Shown here: positions 1 through 12,163 of the stretch, piece after piece
Layout of the letters: each line of letters opens with the position of its first letter
Numbering within the stretch: the first letter of the stretch is position 1
The notes under the pieces: model-generated
Seen by the model: the letters and a program-made list of their open reading frames with translations, nothing else
What the model was told of the DNA's origin: nothing
The model's database searches: none
Assembly (NCBI GenBank): GCA_951406725.2
Contig: OX597820.1
Span: 26,226,001-26,290,000 of the forward strand
DNA: 64,000 bases
Source: Octopus vulgaris
Taxonomy: Eukaryota
Direction: 5' to 3'
Position numbers and translations under genes: made by a program

Positions 1-161
1 GAATTCACATCGCTGCTGAAATTTCTTTCTAAAAAAATCCCCCCAAAAAACTCCCGTTTTATTTTTAATTTTGTTCAAAACTATTTTGAAATAAATTTTA
101 ATGTTAATGGTGTCATCTTTATTTATTTTTCCCTCTCTCTTTTTTCTCTTTTCTTTTTAAG

Positions 162-256
162 GATGAGGTCGTTGTTGAGAGCACAGAGTCGTCATCGCCG
201 GTGGTACAGCAGTCAGTGCCGGCATCATCATCATCATCTACTTCATCATCTACATC

Positions 257-291
<35 letters not shown>

Positions 292-471
292 TATCACCCC
301 CAACACCACCACCACAACAACAGCAAACAAACCCTACAGTTGATTGTAGGGAACTGCAGGTGGATGAGGTAGCATTGCTGTCTTCTGGTGCTACCATCAT
401 TAAAGATGGTGAGACTCCAGAAATGGCACTGCTGAAGGCAGCTATTGGGAAGGACAAGAAGAAAGACAAAG
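162..471 (+). CDS. ASXL: ASXL exon a ([13 protein letters not shown]...GKDKKKDK), Ser-rich
   Basis: Long pyrimidine tract + AG at 160-161; open frame matches ORF 201..521; donor AAAG|GTGATT at 471/472, phase 1. Confidence 0.7.
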
Positions 472-3400
472 GTGATTATCATCATCATCATTATTTATTT
501 ATTTATTTATTTATTTTTTGAGGTGGCAAACTAGCAGAATCATTACAACGCCAGAAAAAAATGCTTTGGGGCATTTCTTCCAATTTACATTTTGAGTTCA
601 CATGCTGCATGAGTCAACTTTGCTCTGGCCTTATGCCAAAATTTGAAATTTATTATTATTATTTATTTAATTATTTCAATTTCTTAAATTTGATATTTGA
701 TGGGTTAACCTTAAAATAGAGAAATTAAACGCAATCCTATGGAATCTGACCTTTCGATAGATTTTCTTCCATATTTCATACATTCTGTACATGATATCTG
801 TATTTTACTCTGCAAGAAGGCTTGTTTTCAAACCATTTATTCCCAATTTATTGTTCTGATAATCCATACAAATATTGATACCATGTTTAGCGTGGGCAAC
901 AATGGTTATCCTTCCAGAAAACATGCATACGTAAACAAACACCTAACTATTGACAAACCTGATAATGGCACCTCACTGTTTGTGCTTCTTTTGTATTTCG
1001 TTCAGTCTCCCTTTCCCTCTCGTCCTCTTTTATTTATTGTAAAGAATGTCGCATAAACATTGGTTTATTTCACAATTTGATTTCAATGTGAATCTATTGT
1101 ACATGTTATGTACACATACAAACATACGTAAACACACAAACCTCCCACAACCCCCGCTCCACCCCTGCTACTGCTCTTACATTATTCTAGACTAGCAGTA
1201 TCGCCTGGCATTGATCGAGTTTGTTTCGACCCTTTAGAATTGGAATTTTTGAAAAATAAAAATTTTGCATTATGTAGCTTGTTATTCTCTTTAAGTGAGC
1301 ATTTTTCTGGTTGAAAAACACCGAAAAATGGCGACACAGCAGTAAAAAAATTGCAAAAAATAGGGATTTCCATAGAAAAAAAAGCACCTTTTTGATGTAG
1401 ATAATTTTTGGTGTTAACATGGTCCGATTTGAATTTTTTCTTCTACGGAAGGAAGAGCGAGCCTTCTATCATACTCTCAATTTTGGTCAACTTGTGCCGC
1501 AGGGTCTCGGAGGAGATAGTGTTAGTTGAAGGCTACCAAACCTGCCATACACAGACAACTTCAGCTTTATATATAGAGAGATTAGCTAATGTTGAGCAAC
1601 ATAAATTTAGTCTGGACATGCTACTGTTAGGAAATTTGAAAACAAAACTATATATCTATTCTTTTAATTCTCATACTGGTTTTAGGTATTGATCTTTGGT
1701 TAAGCTCGGGCACTGTCTCTAATGGTTTCAGTTGATTATATTCTCGTTGCACTCAATATCTTTCCTAGTGCTTATTTTGATAGTGTTAGAAATAAAAAAG
1801 GTATGTGATCTGAGATGTCAAGGGAGATAACTCAGCTAGACCTAACTAGCTCAAGGTATATTTGTTTGCTGTACCGGTTTTGTTCATTCAGCAGTCAAGG
1901 GGTGTGAGAGAAAGAGAGACGTGGGGGCATCCTGTAATAATAATAATTATAGATAAACCAGATATTATTATAAAAGATCAGACAAAAAAAGGTGTGTTTA
2001 TTAAAATTGACATGAGTATTCCTTGCGATCACAATATAGCAGCGAAAGAATTTGACAAGATCAGTAAATATAAAGACTTGCTAATAGAAATTGAAAGAAT
2101 GTGGCATCTCAAGGCAACTACAGTACCAGTGATTGTAGGATCTATAGGAATGATAAAAAAAGGTACTGAAACCTATTTGAAAATGATACCAAGCTTACCA
2201 TCGCTACAGGAATTTCAAAAAGTCGTACTGAGAAGAGCATTATCGCTGTGAAAACAACATCCATTCATGTATTTATTTATTTATTTTTAAATACATATTT
2301 TACCTGTGAATTTGCGTGTGTAATCTGGGAATGCATACAATGAGCTTCTCTGCCCCAGATGTACGGAAACACTCTATGAGAAACGGAAGAAAATTTGAAG
2401 AAAGAAGGAAAATAATAATAATAACGAACTTATTGTATACAGTGTTCAGGTGCACTACAACTCATCTCAGAAGGTAGCCAAAAGTGCATGTACAGTACAC
2501 AGAACAGTGCACAAAAAGACAGGAAGGTGAACAGTGAATGAGTCATTAAAAAAATAACATCAAGCCTAGTGTTAGTGACAAGCAGTCCCACATTTTTGTT
2601 TACTAAGTGTCACTCATTGAGTGTTGGTCAACTTGAGTCTACAACAAAAGACACTTGCTCAAAGTGTCACACAGTGGGACTGCAAAGCAAGCGTCTTAAA
2701 TTATGTGGCTGTGTCCATGCTTATTTATAACTTCCTTCAATCAGCCTAGCCAATAGTTACATTGTCATCTATCATACAGAAAAGCAAAATGATCAGCTTC
2801 CCTATCCAGTAGTCAACTCACTCATTGCACCTATTAAATTATTTGCCTTCTCCAAAACATTGAATGTAATTTCTCTCTCTCTTTCTCTCATTAAATTCTT
2901 TCCCATGACCAGTGCTTAAATTTCCTCTCTTCCATTAGCCTCTATTATTTCAGTTCTAGTTTTCTAGCATCAAACTGGCTCTCTTGTTCAGTTTTAAACT
3001 CATTCAGAGGTACATCTTTCTACTTCTTGTAGTTAAGTGTGCTAAAAATATTGATGTTGTTACCTAATACACACATTAATTATTGGCATTAGGAAGGCTG
3101 TTTAATTCTTACAATTCTTCCAGTAATTCATGTGGAGTATTTACACCCTCCAACATATATTAGTATTCAAGACAGGGTATGAAATGCATCAGCACAAATT
3201 AGATATATGTGTTCAAAGTATTGTATGACGAATGTCCTTTTATTTTAATAGCTATGTAATAAGGTTTTATTCTTTTTTCAATTAAGTCTGTTTAGATGGG
3301 ACACCATTGTGTCTAAGTGATTTACATTATAACTTCTTGGAAAAGCCATTTATTCCACAGTGGTACCATTATACCATTTGTATTATTTTGAATGTATATC

Positions 3401-6400
3401 TCCCTCTGGTTCTATTTAAATCTGTCACTTGTTGAGCACTGTTTTGCAACTGTTTGCTATGAGACATTTCTAACTCATATTAAAATTAATGTGCCAAACT
3501 CACGTTTTTCTTTTGTAACCATCCATCAATATTGAAGAATGTTCTATGTTAGCACCCTAATTACTCTTGGTTACAATAGGTCTGTATTTTAAATATAAGA
3601 TGGCTCACAGGGAAAATTATTCATCTATTTCTAGATACGAATTATTGTTGTTTCTGGATCCCATTTTCCCCAGATCTGTTATTTATTACATTCTGTAGTG
3701 GTTTAGTGGACTGTTGTAGCTGTCAGCTGCAGATTCCTGTCAGACAGTCTTGTTGGTATATTGATAGCTTTGCATTTGTGTCTATATTTTTTTTGTTTTT
3801 TTATGTATTTCTTTTTAGTTTTTTTTTTTTTATTTGAATATGTTGTTTACATAAAGAGGTTTCTTTTAGTTTGATTTATTTTGAAATCAATCCATTATTA
3901 AGTATATTCAGTCCCAGTTTTGCTGCTCTTGGTGTCCATATGTTTATTGCTCTAGAGTGTAGTAAGTCTCTGTATGGTATAAAAGTGTGTTACCAGTCAC
4001 AGACCTACCTCTTCATTACTACTCTGTTATTCTATTTGCCTGCATTGATTTATAGGACATTTTTTTTTCCTCATTTCTTGACTGATTCTCTCTCTTTTTA
4101 ATTATGATATTCTTTCATGTTATGGCAGTCACCATATTTTATTCACACCAAATATAAAACAGTTTGTTTTTTTTTTTTCCTTTTTTTTTTTTAATAGCGT
4201 GAGTGGTTAACATGTCAGAATTCTGACTTTGGAAGCAATGTGTTCAAGTTCTGCCAACATATTTACATATTTATATTTCGAAGCACCGTTACATACTCGT
4301 TGCCAACCAGACTGGAAATAAAAATGTTTAAGTTAGATATTCATTTTGTAAAGATGCCAGTAACTGGAGCAGCAGCAATGTCCATCTTTTCAGAACAAAG
4401 TCAATATCAAAATAAAATGAAATATAAATGTAATTACTTGGATACAAATTAATACACATAGCAATAGCTCTCGAGTTATCCTAGATATGGAATAGTGAGC
4501 TAATTTGCCAATCTGTCAACTCAAGCAAATTGATAATGCAAAAGAAATTATTTGAAAAAGTTCACTATTAGTTTCCTCTGCCTTTCTCTCTTCTAAACTG
4601 ATTATTTCATTCTTAGCAAGATCATGCCAGAGTTCTTGTTGTTTCTCTGAGAATGCACTCCTCTCTGCTTCAAACCAAAATAGTATTTCAGGTGTAATAA
4701 AAAAAAATCAAAAAAAATCAAAGATGTAAAGAAGTTATATGTTAAACACTCAGCATTTCTGTTAAGCAGTATTTCATGACACTGTAGCCTCGAGGTTAAG
4801 ATACTCTACTCTTCACCAATATGATCATAAGTTCAAATCTCATGACTGTGTTTATTAAGGTGGTGGGCTAGTAGAATCATTACTGCATTGCACAAAATAC
4901 TTGGTGGCATTTCTTGCAGCATATTACATTCTAAGTTCAACTTCTGCTGAGTTTGACTTCACTTGCAATTTTTCATGGTTGAAAAAAAATAAATACCAGT
5001 TGAGTACTGGGATCAATTTAACTGACTTGATCTCTCCTCCTAAAATTGCTGGTCTCGTGCCACAGTTTGAAACTTTAACCCTTTAGTGTTCAGATTAATA
5101 TATCAAAAGTAATCCTTATTTATTTACATTTTTTAAAATGAATCTGGTATTATTTCATAGCTTCAAGAGTTGAAAGTTGTAATTGTTTTTTTAAAATGAC
5201 ATTGCAGGGTAGGTGTGAGACACTGGTTCTGGCCAGTTTGAGCATAAAATGAGTAGAATATTTGGGCCAGATACAGTCGGTTTAAACACTAAAGGGTTAA
5301 TGTTACCTTTATGCTCTTTGACAGGATACATAACTCTGCTTATACAGTTTTCCTTAATGATGAGAAGTTCTTCTCCTGTTGATCATTACATGGTTAGCAG
5401 CAGGAAGGGAATCCATCAGTAAAGCAGAATTTCTCCAGCAAAAAAACCATCGCAAGCAAGTAAATAGAAAAAAAAAATGGTCATAAAATGTGTTGGGGTT
5501 GGGAATAGGTGTATTAATAACTTTATTATTGTTGTTATTAAGACAAAATATAAGTTTATTTTTAAGGTGCTTCTAATTTGCTCAGTCACAAAATAGTTAT
5601 GGCATATTGTAGTAGTTTGTGGAAATATCAGTGTAATTCTACCACAGTAACAGTTAGTGGTCTCTTAATTCAAAGTCTAATTTTCATGCCTGGTAATAGT
5701 TCCTGCAATTAACAACCCACAAATATATTAGCTAGCTAAATTTTGTGCTCTGTATTTTGCATCAGTAGAAAATACAGCTTTTGTAAGGGATATGTGTGTG
5801 TGTGTGTGTGTGTGTCTGTATATATACAGGGTGCGATGGGTAAATTGTTGTTATTTTATATTTTTAATTTCATGTATGCACATTGTTGGCTTTTGATTTT
5901 GTCGACTACTCAGTATAGTAGGTTCTGTTGGACACCGTCTGTGAGAAAAATAGCACCATAACACAATTCACTCTGCCAGAAATTTGGAAACAACATGCTG
6001 TACTACTTGATATTTGCTCTAGAAGCTCTAATATAAACATTTCAGTGTGTTTGGGTGTCAATCTGAGGACAGTGTAGAGGATTCGGAAAGAGTTGGATGA
6101 GTCTAATGGTGGTTACGAAGGTACTGCAGCTCAGAAAACTCACTCTGATTGTTCTGATAAGAAAAGAACTGAATTTGTTGGTGAGATCCAAGCCATGATT
6201 GACAACGATCCCTCCAAATCAATCAGGTCCATTGCCAGGGATACAGGAGTGTTTCTTATCAGGCAGGTAGTGCATGAAGACATTTGGTATTCCTCATACA
6301 AGATGAGAAAGGGCCAATTTTTATCCCTGTGCTATGAAGCTTTTGAACAAATTCAAACATCTCCTCCAACCGAACATGCTTTGGTTTATCTCAGTCAAGA

Positions 6401-9400
6401 AAAATTTCTGACAGGATCAGATGGTGAACACACAGAATAACTGTTGGCTTGCTGTATTCCCAAAACATGTACCAAGAATGATAAAAATCAAACATCCAGT
6501 CAACATTATGGTGTTTGAAGTGATCACTATTGATGGTGACATTATGCCTCCATTCATCTTCCCACTTCGCTTCAGACTCAACACGGAGGCCTACATCGAG
6601 TACCTGGAGGAGATAGTGCTGCCCTGAGTCAAGAGAGTGGCTGCTGGAAGACTCTATGTCTGACAACAGGACTCTGCACCATGCTACGCAAGCAGTAGAA
6701 CTCTGTCATGGCTGTCAGACAATTTCTGCAACCACATCACCCCTAACATCTGGCCACCTAACTCCCCAAACTGCAACCCCCTTGTGAGAAACCAATAAAA
6801 CTCTTTGTTACACCAAAGATGAACTGAAGGCAAGGATTATGACAGCATTCACCAACTTAAACAAAGAGACTGTCCAGAAGAGTTGCAGGAGATTCCAAAG
6901 TCATCTGGAGGCCATGGTTGAAGTGAATGGCAATTTTATTGAATTAATTTTCTCTTTAGTATTTCAAGATATTTTTATGTAATTTTGGTACATATATCTG
7001 TTAAAGTAAGATGTCAGTGTTATTTTCATTTTTGTGTAGTTTAGATGACAATTCATTCACTGCACCCTGCATACACACACACACACACACTTGCATGTAA
7101 GAGTGTATATGCTTCTGTGGATGAAATGACCGAATGAATACAATATTAGCCTACCAGCTTGTAGCATATGACTTTTTTTTATCTGTAGCATAGCTTTTGA
7201 TAGGTTATTGTGTAAGGTATTTAAATCACTTTGCCTCTGTGTAATTAATATCATAGGATTTGTACCAGACCTTCTTGGAATGTTATTGGGAGCAACTGAA
7301 TCTTGTGGTAAACATTGCTTTTATGAACCTCTTAAGCTGTGGCTCGTCAAGATTTGATCACATTTAAATTTTGATCTAACTGCGTCAGACTCAAATCTTC
7401 TTTAATCTATATTATTCATCTACTTTGTGGTGTGTTATGACAGCTCACTTCTTTTATTTTCTACGTACATTAACCAATGCCTGACAAATCAGTTATGTGG
7501 TCTCATAACATATTTTGAAATATGGCCTCTTAACCTGCTATAACTATATATCTACTTAACATAGACATAGCAGACAAATCTCTCTCATATCGCACCTTGC
7601 CTGTCTTACAAAATCAAGAGATGCATTGGATAATGTGATCTTAGATACACATTGTCTGATAACAAAGCAGGTGGTAACAACTGGAATACCTTTGATCATA
7701 GCCCTGCTCTTTCATAGAATGATCTGGTGCTAAACAACAACAGCAACCATCGCCTGTTTAATCCTCTTACCTTCTCAGTTTATTTACACTCAGTCTATGC
7801 ATGTTTCTGGTTTACATCATCGTTATCCTTTAATGTCTGTTTTCCATGTTGGCATGGGTTGGATACTTTGACCAGAGCCAACAAACTGGGGAGCTGCACC
7901 AGGTCCCGGTCTGATTTGACTTGGTTTCTACAGCAGGTTGCTTTTAACATAGCACCAGCATGAGTGTTTTTATGCGGCACCGACAAGAGTGTCACTTGCA
8001 CAGAACTCTTGTAAGCCAATCCTCGTCAGCAGAGAAAGTGGCCTTAACCCTTCTGCTGTGGAGGACAGGTATCTCAGTCTTTTGTCATCTCATCTTGAGG
8101 TCGTCCTTTAGTTTAAATGAAATATTTTCACCTGATATCATCATCATCACCTTAGTGTTCACTGTTCCTTTCTTGCATGGGTTGGATGAACAATTATTGG
8201 GTTGGCAAGAAAGTAATTTCAGTTTTATAGTGTGAAATAAAAATCCTTTTTTTTTTCTCTCTCCATACAAAGAATGAAATTTAATCCTTAATATGTTCTC
8301 CATTTTGTTCGATGAACTTTTGCCATCTGGCAACTTCATGATTCCGCACTCATAGAACTTCTGGTCCTTATCAGCCAAAAACTGAAGCAAGTGTGATTTC
8401 AGGTCATCATCATCATCGTTTAGCATCCGTTTTCCATGCTAGCATGGGTTGGACGGTTCAACTGGGGTCTGTGAAGCCAGAAGGCTTCATCGGGCCCAGT
8501 CAGATCTGGCAGTGTTTCTACGGCTGGATGCCCTTCCTAACGCCAACCACTCTGTAAGTGTAGTGGGTGCTTTTTTCATCATTATTGAAAAAGAATTTTG
8601 CAAACTTTGAAATAAATGGTAATCTGGTGGTGCAAGGTCAGAGCTATTTACTGGATTTGACATCACTTCCCAACCAAGCTCCAATAATTTTTCTTGAGTT
8701 AGCAAATACATGTGTGGTCTAGTGCTGTCATGTTGGAACACAATTCCTTTATGATTTGCCAATCCTGGCTGTTTTTCTTTTTGATTGCTTCCTCCAGTTT
8801 CATTAGCTGTTGACAGTAAACACCTGAATTGATTGTTTGGTTCCTTCGAAGCAGCTCAATATGCACAACACTTTTGTAACCCCACCAAATCGACAGCATT
8901 ACCTTTTTTTGCTGCTATAAGCTTTCAATGTGGTTTGTGCTGGTTCATTGCGTTTGGTCCATGGTCGATATTGATTAATGTTGTTGTAGACAATCCATTT
9001 TTCATTACCAGTGATGATTCGTTTAAAAAAAAAAAAAAGAGAGGTCAATTTCATTGCATTTGAGATGCCTATCGCAAATGTTGACTTGTGTTAAGTGAAT
9101 CTCATTCAGTTTATGTGGAACCCAAATATCAAGCTTCTTAATGAGTTCAAGACATTTTAAGTGATTTTCAGTTGTTGTGTGTGATACAATTAACCTCTCT
9201 GCAATCTCTTGCACAGTTATATGACAATCAGATTCAGTTATGGCTTTGATTCAGTCATCACCAACTTCAGTAGGTTGACCAGAATGTTGGTCATCTTTGA
9301 GTGAAATATCTCCAGAATGGAATTTTTGAAACCATTTCTGACATGTGCATTCTTTTAAACAATGAATACCATAAACTTCACATATCTCTTTGTGAGGCCT

Positions 9401-10680
9401 CAGCAACTTTCTTGCCTTTATGGAAATTAAAAGGCAAAATATGGCAAAAATGTTTGTTTTTGCGCTCCTTGTTAAAATTGACACTGAACTAACAGCTGTA
9501 AACAAAATTATGTGCAATTTGCTTCTAAAGTAAGCTAAAAGTAACGGCTGTCAAAAGGAAAAAATCATAACATTGACAAAAGTCATTCAAAAAAATCGTA
9601 ACTCTATCTATTTGCAATAAACGAAATTACTTTCTTGCAAATCCAATATATAGATACTCCTTCATTGGCTCATGCTGTTGTGTGTTACACAGGTTGGATT
9701 TAAAAAAAAAAAAATGTTAAAAGAAAACAGTTTCAGGAGTTGGTACTAAATCCAAAGATGTCACTTGTTTGGGTCCAGCCTGTGTGGTTACCATGTTTAC
9801 TGTAACAGATTTTAGACAAGTTTGTCCATCCAGGGCCTGTTGATGCATGCAGTTTGCTTTAGATGCTCCAACTGTTAAGATTGTTTCTACTTTAGGCACA
9901 AAGCCTGAAAATTGGGATGGGGGAATTGATAGTCAATTGCATCAACCACAGTACACAACTGGTACTTATTTTATTGACACCCAAAAGGATGAAAGGCAAA
10001 GTTGACCTTGGCTGGATTTGAACTCAGAATGTAAAGATGGAGGAAAATGCCACTAAGCATTTTGCTTGGTGTGCTAACAATTCTGCCAGCTCACTGCCTT
10101 TTCTATTATTATTTTCTGAAGCATTGCTTGTTTGGTTACATTGATACTTTTGATCTCAGGTGATTCCCCCTCACACACCACTACTCCATTGAAGCACTCA
10201 GTTTAACTATCACAACTGACAGCCAGAACCATCCATTTTATGTTTGCAAGTTAAGATCATTGTGTACACGTGCACACACATGCACACACAAAATGTACAG
10301 ATATTTAAATGTGTATACCATCTGAATATTACCATTTACATATAGTTCTTTAAAAAATAGATAAGTAAATCATTTATCAGTCTTTGTTATAAATTTTCTA
10401 CACATAAATGTAAATAAAGAAAAAATGTTTATAGATGTTTGTGAGGAAATAAAATTAAAAGTGAACATATATCTGAACAGAGAAGGCAGAGCCTAAATTG
10501 ATAGAATACTAGACAGAGAGGCAAGAGGTTAGCAGTTCATGTGTTACCATTAGCTTTGAATTGTGACCTTGATGGAGAAACTGCACTCAGCTTTTAAATC
10601 TTCCACACAATGTAGTGTAGTTGTTTGCTGTTAACTGAAGTAAGAATATAAAGTAGATAATTTGTTGCATTAGCTTATAG

Positions 10681-10732
<52 letters not shown>

Positions 10733-12117
10733 GGGTACTGTTGAGTTACCTTAGATACACTGCTATATAAAGACAGTTATTCAGTGGTGATCCTGTAGAT
10801 TTGAACAATAAGGAAATATTTTCTGCAAATTTCTTAATGTTGTTCAAGAACATGATTCAATTTATTTATTGCAAAGTGTGTTTTGTTTTATGGATGCAGT
10901 CTTTTTCATGTTACAATTTAGCAGCAATAAATTATCTTTTAAATGTTTGCTTTGCTCTAATTTGTACAGCAAATGCTATTTACCACCTAGAGCTTTCACT
11001 TTTATCTTTTCATTAAAAACCTATAACGAAGAAAAGAATTGGTTTCATGTAAATTAAAGAGAAGTGAAATTAATGATCAGTCATCGAACATACGCTGTTT
11101 GTGCTTGTTGGAAACACTCTATTATGGGAGGAAAGAGAATTATTGTAACCAATTATTAATCTTTGTAAATTGACCATTAGGAAAACTTTAAATAAGAAAT
11201 GCAGTTTGTCATTATTAATTCCATAAGATTGTCTCACCTCTCATTATATGCACAGAAATATCTGGAAACATTTTGATATATAATTAGTTGAACACAACAG
11301 AACGAAAATATTTTCATTTTTATTTTGCTACAGTTTAGATTCTTTATTTGATAAATAATGGTTCTTCTGTCCTAACACGATGATATTGAACTGTCAGACA
11401 AAACGTTAGCATTTATGACTACAAACTCTGAACACTTTACTAGAATATTTCTAAAAATCAAACGGCAGTGATTTATTCTTATAACAATCTAGCATTTTTC
11501 CATGGTATTACTATTGGATTGTCGTCTCTGCTCACTGCAATTAGCTTTTCCTCCTAATTAATCTAATGGCATAGTCGTGTAACAGCAACTTGCATATATA
11601 AGGATGTGATGCCCGCACATACAATGTCTACATTCCATTCATCATCCATTGCGGAACAGCTGTGATGTTTAATCACAAATTAGCCTCTGTGTGATTGTGA
11701 GAGAGAGCGTGTATGTGTGTGTGTGTGTGTTGTGGTGTTGGTGAAGGGTTACACATGCACAAACTTGTCTTCCAATTGTTTTAGAGGAAGAGAATGTACC
11801 ACCAAGGTGCATGATGTCCAAGGGAGGTAATTCAGGCAACCCCCTCCTCCTCTATAAACACGAAGTAAATTATAGTGCTTGCATGGAATAACTATTAAAT
11901 ATTACATTATTCTGATTTTGTGTTTTTTTTCTCTCTCCATAATTGAAAGTTTCCTTGTATTGATTTGAAAGTAAATCTCAAATAAAACAGTAGAGACCTA
12001 ACAGAATATCAAAAGAAAAATCAACAATTTTTATAATCAGGGAAAAATTTGTCTGAAGAACATTAAATTGGTCTTCATAAAATAAAAATCAAATACAAAT
12101 CTAGAAGCGTGTGTGTA

Positions 12118-12163
<46 letters not shown>

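Noticed and set aside
739-5961. Short 60-105 aa ORFs in introns (and similar ones throughout the window), other than the RLE ORF at 1862-2251
   Set aside because: F/L/I/Y-rich translations of AT-rich or SINE DNA, with no recognisable motifs.
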